A DNA stretch of 64,000 nt. Origin: the human T2T-CHM13v2.0 reference genome, Homo sapiens. This document shows, one piece after another, positions 34,107 to 51,213 of the stretch. Numbering within the stretch: position 1 is the first letter of the stretch; the number at the start of each line of letters is the position of its first letter. A program made the position numbers and the translations under genes. The notes under the pieces are model-generated. The model was not told where the DNA came from. It was given only the letters and a program-made list of their open reading frames with translations, and made no database searches. Location: NCBI RefSeq assembly GCF_009914755.1, contig NC_060938.1. One strand, given 5' to 3'.

Positions 34107-35819
34107 CCTATAAAATAAGTACTATTATTATCCCCATTTTACATTAAAAGGAAACTGTGGACAAGAGAAGTTTAGGAATTTGCCTAAGATACCATAATTT
34201 GTGAATGGTGGAGTTGGGATAACAAACTCAGGCTCCAAAGCTGTTCTGCTACTCTGATGGAGAAGTACAGACTTAAAACAGGTCCTAGTGACTGAATTCA
34301 ACTCTGTTTACATTCTAATTACTAGTTGTGGCTATTCTGGTGAAGCGGGTAGCTTTACGGAGAGGTGGATGATTCTCTAGCCTGGATGGGTAGAATGCTG
34401 GTTAGAGACCCTACCAAGCTAAAAAGGACTGGTGCCTCTCTCCATGTGTCCCAGGAGGAAGCTGCATCTGAACTCAAGCTCAATACGCAGAATCTTATTG
34501 AAAATACTTTGTGGAGAACACCAATGTCAATTTACTTTTCTTCTTAAATTAAAGTTATCATAAGATGTCATTTCTGGCTAAGATGAGTGAATTGAATGAA
34601 ACTTTTTAGTCATTGGGCTGAATCCATATTTTCTCCAGAATCCCCATAGAGATTTCTGAGTGGGTCATAATTCTAAATGAGAAAGACACAATATTCAGGG
34701 GAAAAAATGTTATCATTCAAACAAAGTGTTATCTATGAGAGTTAACTGGTCATAACTATCACTAACACTACACTGACAAATAGCAAATTACTTTCTGTCA
34801 TGACTTTTAGCAATTTTCATTTTATGTATGTATTTTGAAATAACTATTATTTGAAAATTTAGAACAGAATAATATATATCCTATACATCCTATAAATTAA
34901 TTCATCCTATATGAATTAATTTTATGTTTATAACCTATAGTTTTGGGCTGCATATTTAGAAATTCAAGCAAGTAAAACAATCCATATTCATTTTTGACAA
35001 AAAATGAAAATCATTTCAAAAGTCATTTAAAGCAACTAAATGTATAAAAACATTAATTGCTTGGAAGCTAATTCATTTGGGTTATGAATTTACAAAGGTT
35101 GTGCTTCCTGTGGCCTCCATGGTAACAATAATAAAACAAGTTAATAGAATTAAATTTACATTCAATCAGTTTCAAAGATTAAAAAGTTGATGGATATACT
35201 GGAATGTAATTTTTAATAACCAAGTAAACCAATTACCAAATTCAGTGCTAGACACATGTGTACTTCACAGCAAAAAAATAAAAATAATGTTTTAATCTAT
35301 TTCAAATATCACTGAAGAATTCATTAATACATCTGCTTAATAAACCTATACAACCTCATTAATTTTCTTGTTCAGTTTTTCCTGGAGCCAATTCTATGAA
35401 TGAATGCTGGCCACACTGATCACGAGTTCACTGCCTGCCAGAAGTGGAGTCCAGGTCATGCTAAAGACAGTGGGAAATAGGAATCAGAGGAGAGCTTGAA
35501 AAGATAGTGGTGGAACTCTTACTATAGGATTTGGGAAGTAATTTCAGCAGAGTCAGGAAAATCTGAACCCCTGTTTCAGCTACTACATGTCCATTTTCCA
35601 TCTTTCATGCCTATACACAACTCTTGTCAGCCCCTAAGTCCCTCAGAGCAATGTAACATTTGAGACCTGTCAGTAAAAGACTTCAGGATAATATACTCTA
35701 AAGGTTCAAAGATTAAGAGTGGTAGCAGGGCATGGATGTGGCTTGAAAATCCTGCAGCCCCAAACCCAAATGACTTCCACATAAGGAAGATATGAGAGTT
35801 GCCTAAGGAACCTCTTCCA

Positions 35820-39223
<3,404 letters not shown>

Positions 39224-40251
39224 AATGAGGAAAGGGAAGCAGTTTTACACAATATGAAAAATTTTTAACCTTTATACCTTTGCTAAGGCTGCCCCCTTTT
39301 TGTTTAAACTATTTTCAACAGAATGAGGGCTCTTGGTACTTATTAGATAGCTGAAGAACAGCTATTTTTAGCAGGAAAACAAAAGACATTAAGGAGGTTC
39401 AGAGGAGAGAAAGGTGCAGACAAACATAAAATGTCTGACTCTTGATGATTTTATTGTATGATGATACACATACAAATCATGGAAAACCTAAGTACGCAGG
39501 CAGTTATCATTTTGTAAACAATAAAGGGATAGAAGAGAATATGACCCAACAGAGGAAATAAATAGGATAAAATAATACTGTACAGGATTACATTCTACAG
39601 GCACACCATTTTAAATTATAAAATTAGAAGAGATTTCTTTTAACAATTATTCTGATAAGAAGCCTCTCAAACTTGCTATGGGTAAATATAATTTCTTTTT
39701 TAAAAAAGGAGTCAGTAAACAACATACGAATTAATCAATAAACTGACAGTAAATAGCATTAAACTGCTAATCCCAAACATGTACTTCTATAGCCTAAGGA
39801 AAAATAATATTAAAAAGTTACTTGTCAGTAAAATTTCCAATCAGTGTGATAGCAATTTTTTAATCTAAAATTCCTAAGATACTGGATTCTTGAATGTTTT
39901 ATTCATTTATTTTTGTTCTGTTATTCAGAAAAGTACTTAGTTATATAAATTCACAACTTATTGGCACATCTAAAACATACAGCCATACCAAACGTTTAAG
40001 TTTGACTAACATAAAGTGTGCGTATGTAAAAGGAAACCAAGTGGAAGAAAATTATTTCTGAATTGTCATTTAATTCTACTACAATTTGAAGATGTTAATG
40101 AAAAATTGAAAAACCACTAAATTATAATACAAATAAGTTTCATACTTAATAGCCAACAAACTCCAATATCCAATGAGCTACTAATTTCAATTTGAATCTG
40201 TTTACTTCTCTATTTTAAAGCATGGTTTTAAAGATTTAAAAAGCTGATGTT

Positions 40252-40560
<309 letters not shown>

Positions 40561-40598
40561 CTAGAAAGCATTATATGAATATAGTGTAAGATATCATT

Positions 40599-40857
40599 CA
40601 GCACTTCAGGAGGCCGAGGCAGGAAGATTGCTTGAGCTCAGGAGTTCGAGGCCAGCCTGGGCAACATGGCAAAATCCCTTCTCTACAAAATATATAAAAA
40701 TTAGCCAGGCATGGTGGCATGTGCCTGTAATCCCAGCTACTCAGGAGACTGAGGCACGAGAATCACTTGAACCCAAGAGGTTGCAGTGAGCCATAATCGC
40801 ACCACTGCACTCCAGCATGGGAGACAGAGGGAGACTGTCTCAAAAAAAAAAAAAAAA
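40599..40857 (+). mobile_element. Alu (J/old S), 5'-truncated
   Basis: TSD aagatatcattca/aaggtatcattca. Confidence 0.95.
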
Positions 40858-41220
40858 GGTATCATTCAATCTAGATGATTTAGGGACAATTTCATAACTT
40901 AACATGTAATAAAGATAAATGAAATGTAAACTTCCTCCTTTTACCCCAGAGTCCTACCTTCACATCTGGGAACATGAAGATTTTGAGATGCTGTTTCATT
41001 TATTCAAATAACATCTGTGTAGGTGTGGCAAATCACCTACTCACTCCTTCTCACTTTATTTTTTTTCCCAAAAGAGAGAAATAGAAAGGAACCACAAGAT
41101 AAAGATACCAAGTAAATCTTTACCAATTAACAAAATGAGAACTAGCCCTGTGAGATTTCCTAAGAGTCACATAATCCTGCGAAATTTCTACACGTTCACT
41201 GCCCTGTTTCACATGTATAA

Positions 41221-41584
<364 letters not shown>

Positions 41585-42084
41585 TAGAATATGATGTACT
41601 TTTCTGAAGATGAGCACACTGGACTTGTTAAAACTAATTTTTTAACAGCTCTGTCACTGTAGTTTATTTTATTTTTATATATGTACATTGACACCATCAT
41701 AATATTGTTCTTGCCAATTACACTGTTGCAGGGATCTTTAATTTTTTGGCTAGAGAAAGATCAATGGGATAAACTGGCTTTCACCGATAAATTATCTCTT
41801 ACAGGCATACAAACATAACGGAAAGACGTTCTGAGGGAATAAACATGATGATTAGATAAAAGATGAGAAGTTGGCCTATATAACTGTAAAGACCTTAATA
41901 AACTCTTTGTTTCATAAGGACTTTAAGGATTAAGCTCATTTATATTACATGACATTGACAACATGACAATATGCCTGAAACCAATACATGTCTAACATTA
42001 ATTCCTTCACAACATGGTTCAGCCTTCCAAAAAGAAAAAATTAAAAAAAAAAATGTTCCCAGTTCTGAGTCTGTGAAGTGAGGT

Positions 42085-42330
42085 TGTTAATCACTCAGGC
42101 TCTGATGTCCATCAGACCTGTTTTGAATCCAGCCTCTGCTACTTATCAATGACCTAGGCACTACTTGACCTCTTCAAGACTCTGCTCCTTCCTCTGCATA
42201 ATGAAGATTAACAGTGTTTGCCTCATCGGGCTGCAGTGAGGATTAAACAGCATAATCTATGAACACCTCTTAGTCTGTTGCTGGTACATAAGAAGCACTC
42301 GGTAAGTGTTCGTGGTTTAACTATTGTTGT
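42085..42330 (+). mobile_element. MIR
   Basis: ttgaatccagcctctgctactta…tgaccta…ttcctctgcataatgaagat…gtgaggattaaa. Confidence 0.8.
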
Positions 42331-42513
42331 TGTTTTTGTCATCATTATTACTATAATACAGCCAATAGTTCAAATTTTCTGATGTCAGAACCATGAGATA
42401 CTAGTGCAAATGTATTTATGAAGTCTATAATGTGATTTTTAAATTTTTCTAAAACCTGTTTCCCACTGAATTATTTTAAAATAGTTTCTCATTGTAACCA
42501 AAAGAAGCAACCT

Positions 42514-42528
42514 CTGCCACCTAGTGGC
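42514..42528 (-). promoter_or_regulatory. Candidate CTCF site
   Basis: The - strand reads GCCACTAGGTGGCAG, an exact fit to CCASYAGRKGGCRS. Confidence 0.6.
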
Positions 42529-42759
42529 TCCTTAACACCAGTCAAGAAAAACATAAAAAGACACCAGAACAAAACACAAAAAACAAAATCCATACTTACT
42601 TTAAAAAAAGAACCCATGCTGTAGATAAAAAGACGCAATACATGAAAGAAAAAATATAAATTTAAAATAATGAAATCCTATTATTTTCTCCATAGTATTA
42701 TACTGTTCAAATTGCATTTGATTAATTCTTAATAGCACACCTGCAGAGTGACTACGAAC

Positions 42760-43349
42760 TTTTTTTTTTTAATTTCCTCTATTTTTGTTTGTTTTCTTTT
42801 TCTTTTTTTAAAAAATTATACTTTAAGTTTTAGGGTACATGTGCACAACGTGCAGGTTTGTTACATATGTATACATGTGCCATGTTGGTATGCTGCACCC
42901 ATTAACTCGTCATTTACATTAGGTATATCTCCTAATGCTATACCTCCCCCCTCCCCCCACCCCACAACAGGCCCTGGTGTGTGATGTTCCCCTTCCCATG
43001 TCCATGTGTTCTCATTGTTCAGTTCCCACCTATCAGTAAGAACATGTGGTGTTTGGTTTTTTGTCCTTGCGATAGTTCGCTGAGAATGATGGTTTCCAGC
43101 TTCATCCATGTCCCTACAAAGGACATGAACTCATCATTTTTTATGGCTGCATAGTATTCCATGGTGTATATGTGCCACATTTTCTTAATCCAGTCTATCA
43201 TTGTTGGACATTTGGGTTGGTTCCAAGTGTTTGCTATTGTGAATAGTGCCGCAATAAACATACGTGTGCATGTGTCTTTATAGCAGCATGATTCACAATC
43301 CTTTGGGTATATACCCAGTAACGGGATGGCTGGGTCAAATGGTATTTCT
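42760..43349 (-). mobile_element. Short 5'-truncated L1PA4-5 3' end
   Basis: L1PA 3' UTR and ORF2 C-terminus; TSD agtgactacgaa at 42747 and 43350. Confidence 0.96.
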
Positions 43350-43651
43350 AGTGACTACGAAACTTTATAGCTTTTAGGGCACAGTTAAGTTCCTTGGTTT
43401 CTTCAAGTCAGAGGTGATATAATGATTTTATCCTTTATGCTTTTAAAATACAAATAAAAAAATACTGATGTAAAAAATATAGAGAGTGGTCAAGGGCCTT
43501 CTATTTGTTTCTTGGAGGGTCAGTACATGTTTATTTTATTGTTATTATTTAAACTAAATACATGTGTTTACATAAGAATGAATGAAATTTGCTGGACAAA
43601 AGCAGTAAGAAGGGTTGTCTAGAGAGAGGGAACATTGGATGTAAAGACAGA

Positions 43652-44221
43652 TGTATCAGTCAGGTTTCTCTAGAAAAACAGAACCAATAGGATGCACGCA
43701 TATATATGTACATACATATACATATACATATACAGATAAATCTTACCAGAAATTGGCTCAGGTAATTACAGAGTCTGGCAGATCCGAAGATCTGCAGAGT
43801 AAGTCAGCAAGCTGGAACCCAGGATAACTGAGAGTTTAAGTTTGAGTTCTAAGGCCTGATAACCAGGAGAATTGGTGCTGTAGCTCTAGTCAAAAGGCCC
43901 GCAAGGCTTGAAATTGTAGAAGAGTTGATGTTACAGTTGAAGTCTGAAGGCAGAAAAAAATCCTATTTTCTAGTTGGAAGTCCATCAGGCAGAGAGAATT
44001 GCTTCCTCCTCAGGGGAGGGTCAGCCTTTTTGTTCTACTCAGGCCTTCAACTTATTGGCTGAAGCTTATTCACAGTAGAAAGAATAATCTGCTTTACTTG
44101 ATCTACTGATTTAAATGTTAATTTCACCCTAAAATACCCACAGAAGCACCCAGAATCATGTTTGAACAAATATATCTGGGCATCCCATGGCCCAAATTGA
44201 TACACAAAATTAATCATCACA
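43652..44221 (-). mobile_element. MLT2 (ERV-L) solo LTR
   Basis: tgtatcagtcagg…ctctagaaaaacagaaccaatagga…acacaaaattaatcatcaca. Confidence 0.88.
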
Positions 44222-44311
44222 GCAAAGGACCTGTAATGGCAGGTTCTGGAACTTTCAGGAAGCGCCATGTTTGGGCTCTAAGGTTCACAGGTTAGGGGAG
44301 TGGATAGAAGG

Positions 44312-46680
44312 TGTATTAGTCTGCTTCCACACTGCTGATAAAGACATACCCGAGACTGGGCAATTTACAGAGGAGAGAGAGGTTTAATGCACTCACAGTT
44401 CCATATGGCTGGGGAGACCTCATAATCATGGTGGAAGGCAAGGAGAAGCAAGTCACGTCTTACATGGATGGCAGACAAGAGAAGAGAGCTCATACAGGGA
44501 AACTCCCATTTTTAAAACCATCAGATCCATGAGACTTATTCACTATCACCAGAACAGCATGGGAAAGACCTGCCCCCATGATTCAATTATCTCCTACCAG
44601 GTATCTCCTACAACATGTGGGAATTCAAGATGAGATTTGGGTGGGGACACAGCCAAACCATATCATTCTGCCCTGGCCCCTCCCAAATCTGATGTCCTCA
44701 CATTTCAAAACTAATCATGCCTTCCCAACAGTCCCCCAAAGTCTTAACTCATTTCAGCATTAACTCAAAAGTCCATAGCCCAAAGTCTCATCTGAGACAA
44801 GGCAAGTCCCTTCTGCCTATGAGCCTGTAAAATCAAAAGAAAGTTAGTTACTTCCTAGAAACAATGGGGATACAGGCATTGGGTAAATACAGCCATTCCA
44901 AATGAGAGAAATTGGCCAAAAAAAGGGGGCTACAGGCCGCATGCAAGTCTGAAATCCTAGCTGGGATTAGAGGGATGTGCCACCATGCCTGGCTAATTTT
45001 TTGTACTTTTAGTAGAGACAGGGTTTCTCCATGTTGGTCAGCCTGGTCTCAAACTCCCAACCTCAGGTGATCCGCAAAAGTGCTGGGATTACAGGCTTGA
45101 GCCACTGCACCCAGCCAAGGCGGTCAAATCTTAAAGTTCCAAAATGATCTCCTTTGACTCCATGTCTCATATCCAGGTCACGTTGATGCAAGAGGTGAAT
45201 TCCCATGGTCTTGGGCAGCTCTACCCTGTGGCTTTGCCAGGTACAACCTCCCTCCTGGCTGCTTTCATGGGCTGGCATTGAGTGTCTGTGGCTTTTCCAG
45301 GTGCATGATGCAAGCTGTCAATGGATCTACCATTCTGGGATCTGGAGGATGGTGGCCTTTTGTCACAGCTCCACTAGGCGGTGCCCCAGTAGGGAGTATG
45401 TGTGGGGACTCTGACTCTACATTTCCCTTCTGCACTGCCCTAGCAGAGTTTCTCCCTGAGGGCCCTGCCCCTGCAGCAAACTTCTGCCTGGACATCCAGG
45501 CATTTCCATACGTCCTCTGAAATCTAGGCAGAGGTTCCCAAACCCCAGTTCTTGACTTCTGTGCACTCGCAAGCTCAACACCACATGGATGCTTGAGGCT
45601 TGCACACTCTGAAGTCACGGCCCAAGCTCCATGTTGGCTCATTTCAGCCATGGCTGGAGGGGCTGGGATGTAGGGCACCAAGTCCTTAGGCTGCACACAG
45701 CACAGCGACCCTGGGCCTGGCCCACAAAACCACTTTTTCCTCCTAGGCCTCTGGGCCTGTGATGTGAGGGGCTGCTGTGAAGACCTCTGACATGCCCTGG
45801 AGACATTTTCCCCACTATCTTGGGGATTAACATTCAGCTCCTCGTTTCTTATGCAAATTTCTGCAGCAGGCTTGGATTTCTCCTCAGAAAATAGGATTTT
45901 CTTTTCTATTGCATTGTCAAGCTGCAAATTTTATGAACTTTTATGCTCTGCTTCCCTTATAAAACTGAATTCCTTTAACAGCACCCAAGTCACCTCTTGA
46001 ATGCTTTGCTGCTTAGAAATTCCTTTTGCTAGATACCCTAAATCATTTCTCTCAAGTTCAAAGTTCCACAAATCTCTAGGGCAGGGGCAAAGTGCTGCCA
46101 GTCTCTTTGCTAAAACATAACAAGAGTCACCTTTGCTCCAGTTTCCCACAAGTTCCTCATTCCTATTTGAGTCCACTTCAGCCTGGACTTTATTGTCCAT
46201 ATCATTATTAGCATTCTTGGCAAAGCCATTCAACAAGTCTCTAGGAAGTTCCAAACTTTCTCACATTTTTCTGTCTTCTTCTGAACCCTCCTAACTATTC
46301 CAACTTCTGCCTGTTACCCAGTTCCAAAGTCGCTTCCACATTTTTGGGTACCTTTTTAGCAGTGCCTCACTCTACTGGTACCAATTTACTGTACTAGTCC
46401 GTTTTCACACTGCTCTTAAAGACATACCCGAGACTGGGCAATTTATGGAAGAAAGAGAGGATTAGGGGACTTACAGGCCTCTGCAGAGGCCTCACAATCA
46501 TGGTGGAGGGCAAGGAGAAGCATCAGATTTTTAAAACCATCAGATCTCATGAGACTTATTCACTATCATGAGAACAGCATGGGAAAGACCCGCCCCCATG
46601 ATTAAATTACCTCCTACCGGGTCCCTCCCATGACACGTGGGAATTCAAGATGAGATTTGGGTGGGGACACAGCCATATCA
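44312..46680 (-). mobile_element. Two-LTR THE1 (MaLR) element: LTR 44312-44665, internal region, LTR 46390-46680
   Basis: Two direct LTRs (tgta…atatca), THE1-int sequence giving ORFs 45265-46254, and an exact 5-bp TSD gaagg at 44307 and 46681. Confidence 0.96.
44958..45116 (-). mobile_element. Tail-less AluSp-like fragment inside THE1-int
   Basis: tagctgggatta…tttctccatgttggtcag…cccaacctcagg…gagccactgcacccagcc. Confidence 0.9.
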
Positions 46681-46827
46681 GAAGGGTAGGTGAGGGCCAG
46701 ATTCTCAAAGGTATTGAATGTTATGCATCTGGACTTTAAACTGTGGACTATTGGGAGCCACCATAGTTCTCTACAAAGGAAATTAGATGGTGATAATAGA
46801 AAATATTGATAAGGACAAAAGCTGCCA

Positions 46828-47555
46828 TTGATTAAGTATCTCCTATGTGCCAGAAATATTTTTGTTTCCAAATACTATCTCAATCCTTACAATAACGCTT
46901 GAAACTTTTGTTTTACTTTATTTTACCATTTAGGAAACTGAGGCTCAGAGGAGTTAAGTAACTTATTTGAGGTCACATAGCCAATAAGAGAGGGAGGCTG
47001 GATTCAAAGATGACCTATCTGTAAAGCACATGTTCATTCTAGTAAACCAGAAGGCCTATGCCATGCTTGTTGATATGGTCACATTTTACGACAATAAATA
47101 CCGTTCTCTTATTTTGATTGTTTTGAGAATTAGGGAACATATTTTGAGGGGTGAACATTGTTTCTTAAAATATTTTTGTCTACCACTGTGCACAGTAAGT
47201 GTTCAAATGCTTGCTGAATGATTCAGTGCTGTGTGCCAGCTTCCAGGAAGGGTGGGTGGAAGGTATTAAGCCTTCTCAGATGGAACTACACTTTCATCTA
47301 GTTGCTCATAATTGCATGAGGAAGCAATATTTGAACAACTCTCTCAGGATTTGTGTGCTACCAGACATTAATAAATAATGTGTATTGAGTATGTGTTATA
47401 GATATTAACTCATGTTAGCCTTACAATAAGCCAAGACTGAAGCACAGAAAGATTGGATAACTAGTTTAAGATCTCAGTCTATTCGTTGATAGAGGCAAGA
47501 TTCAAAGCCAAGACATTTGACTTTAGAATTCCCACTCCTAAGCACTTTACTATGC
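46828..47555 (-). mobile_element. Two MIR fragments (~46828-47020 and ~47380-47555)
   Basis: ggaaactgaggctcagaggagttaagtaactt…aggtcacatagc; actgaagcacagaaaga…gattcaaagcca. Confidence 0.75.
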
Positions 47556-48636
47556 AGTTCCACTGCACTAGACTGCCTCTCAGTGAATATTTGTTATATC
47601 CCATATGATTTAGCGGGGCTGTCATCTCCTAGGACAATACTGGAGACACCAGCAGCCTATGGGCAACACAGAGAGAAGAGAGAGTTTTGATGCATGCTAC
47701 TGTGCTCTGGGGCCTCCAGCCATTGGGTGAGTGGGGGCTCAAATTCAGTCTGTGCTCTGCTAGCAAAGTGCTGTGCTCTGGCCACTGTTCTTACCAAATC
47801 AGGTGCCCTGCAGGGCTGCCTTTGCCATGAGGAAAGAATGCCCTTTCCTAATTTATATGAAGGTACCATACAGGCAAAGCAGCCCTGCATGGGGATCTTA
47901 TTTGGCAGGGGCAGTAAGGGGCAAATGGAGGGGACAGTGAGAAATTAATAACCTTATAGGAGAACCTCAAAAGTTGGAGAGTTCATAAAACATGATCCTC
48001 GGCTTCAGAGATTGACCTAGAATGATCCAGCACACTGTTCAACCACTAAAGACTCAAGAGTCAAGTCTTAAATAATTTAAAATGACCAGTTTATAATATA
48101 TGGTTTTCCCTGAAAACTGCTTGTCTAATAAGTGTTATCCAAATAGAAAAAAGTTGGAAAGGTTACATTAATATTCCAATTTGTCTGAAAACAGAAATAA
48201 TCATAACTAGAATACAGGTAGGAGTTAATTTAGGAGATTCTCATAATCCTGCATTGGATTATATGGGCAAGCCTGAATTTGAAAACAAACAAACATAAAA
48301 CTTTAGCAAAACATGATTATTTATTAAGACTACCATTATTATTTAACTGTTGCAAATTTTCTGCCTTGGTACATTCCTTGAACATCAGCCATTAGATGTG
48401 TACATCTGTTAGATATCAAATGTTAACGTAATAAGAGTCAAATATGTAAACAGCTTGTGGTCATGAAGTTCACTTCAAAACAACGCTGAAATTCAAATAA
48501 CAGAATAATGAAGCAAAGAAACAGTTGGGAACATGTAACTTATCTAGAACTGTTTCTAGCTAGGACAAGGTTCTTCAAGGTGTTCTTCTACTCCAACCCC
48601 TGTCCTATCCATCAGATGCCTGATTCCTGACTACTA

Positions 48637-49121
48637 TTTTCTTTTTTTTTTCTCTCTCTTTTTTTTAATTATTATTATACTTTAAGTTTTAGGGTACACG
48701 TACACAATGTGCCAGTTAGTTACATATGTAAACATGTGCCATGCTGGTGTGCTCACCCATTAACTCGTCATTTAGCATTAGGTATATCTCCTAATGCTAT
48801 CCCTCCCCCCTCCCCCCACCCCATAACAGTCCCCAGAGTGTGATGTTCCCCTTCCTGTGTCCATGTGTTCTCATTGTTCAATTCCCATCTATGAGTGAGA
48901 ATATGTGGTGTTTGGTCTTTTGTCCCTGCGACAGTTTACTGAGAATGATGATTTCCAATTTCATTCATGTCCCTACAAGGGACATGAACTCATCATTTTT
49001 TATGGCTGCATAGTATTCCATGGTGTATATGTGCCACATTTTCTTAATCCAGTCTATCATTGTTGGACATTTGGGTTGGTTCCAAGTCTTTGCTATTATG
49101 AATAGTGCAGCAATAAACATT
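48637..49121 (-). mobile_element. Young L1PA (PA2-4) 3' fragment
   Basis: ttattatactttaagttttagggtac…ttagttacatatg…tttagcattaggtatatctcc. No clear TSD. Confidence 0.95.
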
Positions 49122-49734
49122 TGAGGCAGGCACCATTGCAGAATCTATCTTTAAAAGGTTCTTTCACTGTGTATTTCATGAGTAAAGTGAAATGACTAAT
49201 TAAAAATGATCAAACTCCAACTATGCAATGAGAACTTAAAGTCTATTAAAGTTTTAATTTGACTAACACAAACATACACCTGCATGGTAGTTGATACTTT
49301 TTAAATCTCCCTTCTCCCTATGTATTGTTTGTATCTGACTTAACATTATACTCTCTCAGAGGTTATTGTGTTGTAACTCAATGGACAACTCTTTCGAAAG
49401 CATCACTCTTTTGTCCTGAGGAAAGCCTGGTTATTTGGTTGGAAAAGACCAATTTTTGGGGAGGGCCATCTGAAAAAAAGAAGTCACTTATAGGAGATAA
49501 ATCCTTCCCCTGCACTTCTCAGTTTCATTTCTTATCAGAGCATGCCCAACTATAGCTACATCCTTACAGCTCTTCTTTTAAAAGCATTATTACTTACTCT
49601 TTGTAAATGACAAAAGTATCATAGACATGTGAGATATTAGGTTAGTAAGGGGATGATGAGGATGATGTTGATAAAGTCAGAGAGCATTTATTGAACTCTT
49701 GTGATGGTGTGGATCAAGCAATGGGCTAATTTAC

Positions 49735-50490
49735 ATGCATTATTTAATTTTTAAACAAATATGTATGGAGCACCGACTGTAAGACTGGCACACTTCTAGG
49801 CATTAGAAGTGATGAATGAGACAAAGTCCTCATGGAACTGACATACTAGTGGAGGAGGGCAACAATAATCAAAATTAGTAAACAATTACAGTTATCCCTC
49901 AGGATATGCAAGGGATTTGTTCCAGGACTCCCTCAATACCAAAATCCTTGCATACTCAAGTCCCACAGTCAACCCTGTGGAAGTTGGCCCTCCATGTATG
50001 CAGGTTTTACACCTTGTGAATAGTGTATTTGGTTGAAAAAAATCCATATATGTGTGGACCCCCGCAGTTCAGACCTGTGTTATTCAAGAGTCAACTGTAT
50101 ATAATAAAATACCGGGTAGTAATAAGTGTTATGAATTTTAAAGAATGGATAAAGTAATGAAAGGAGTAGTCGGAGAACTCTGAGGAGGTAAAATTTAGGT
50201 AGAGACTTGAATGAAGTGAGCAAATGACCCATGAAAACATAGGGAAAAACATTCCAGGCACAGAGAAGAGCAGGTGGAAAGGCTGAGCTGGGAGTGGCTT
50301 AGAAAGTCTGAAGAACAAGGAGGCCACTGGATGGAGCAGAGTGAGGAAGGGAGACATTGAAAACAAACACGATCAGCATGGTAGTTACTTGCTAGATCAG
50401 GTTCTGCTATATCTTAAATTTCTAAGTCTGATGGGAAGCCACTGGAGAATTTTGAGCTGTGAAATAACATGATCTGGCAGAAAGGATCAT
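49735..50490 (-). mobile_element. L2 fragment with a nested MER8
   Basis: aacaaatatgtatggagcacc…cctcatggaactgacatactagtgg…gagacttgaatgaagtgag…gggaagccactggagaattttgagc. Confidence 0.75.
49889..50097. mobile_element. MER8 (Tigger-type MITE)
   Basis: TIRs cagttatccctc and aagagtcaactg, each flanked by TA. Confidence 0.85.
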
Positions 50491-50695
50491 TCTTTGTGTG
50501 CTAACTCATTTACTTCTTTAAGCAAACTTATGAGGTGGATCCATCATTTCTGTATAACAGATGAGGAAACTGAGGATTGGAAAGAGTAAGTAGGTAGTGA
50601 AATCAAGATTGGAAAGCTGTTCCATCTGACTCTGGAACCAGATGCTTGACCACCAGACTTAAACTAGCATGACCATCAAAATGGAGCTGTTAGGT

Positions 50696-51213
50696 TTAGT
50701 AGCCAGTTTCCATGATGGCCTTCAGTGATTTATGTCTGCTTGCATCATATACTTGTGTGGTCTTCTCCCACATTAAAAACGTGTAATTGTTCAGACCAAT
50801 AGGACTGATGGCAAGTGGCTTCTAAGGCTAGGCCATAAAAGACATTGCAACTTCTGCCTTGCTCTCTCAGATGGCTTGCTCTGGAGGAAGCCAATCATGA
50901 AGTCCTCAAGCAATCCTGAGAGAGAGGCCTAGGAGGAAAGGTGCTGAAGCTTCCCACCAACAGCTCCCACTGATTTGCCAGTAGTATGAGATCCACTTTG
51001 GAAGTGGATCCTCTAGCCTCAGTAAAGCCTTCACATAACTGCATCCTGACTGACATCTTGGCAACAACCTCATAAAACACTTCAAGCCAGAACCACCAGA
51101 AATTAAGCCACTCCTGACTCACTGACACACAGAAAGTGTGAGAGATAATGTTTACTATTGCTTTAACTTACTAAATCTTGAGAGAATTTGAGGCAGCAAT
51201 AGATAACTAATAT
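50696..51213 (+). mobile_element. MLT1 (E/F/G-like) LTR
   Basis: gatggcc…cttctaaggctaggccataaaagacattgc…ttggaagtggatcctc…gcagcaatagataactaata. Confidence 0.8.

Noticed and set aside
45265-46254. 220-aa and 107-aa ORFs
   Set aside because: Residual THE1 internal ORF, broken by stops and frameshifts, as is common in MaLR copies.
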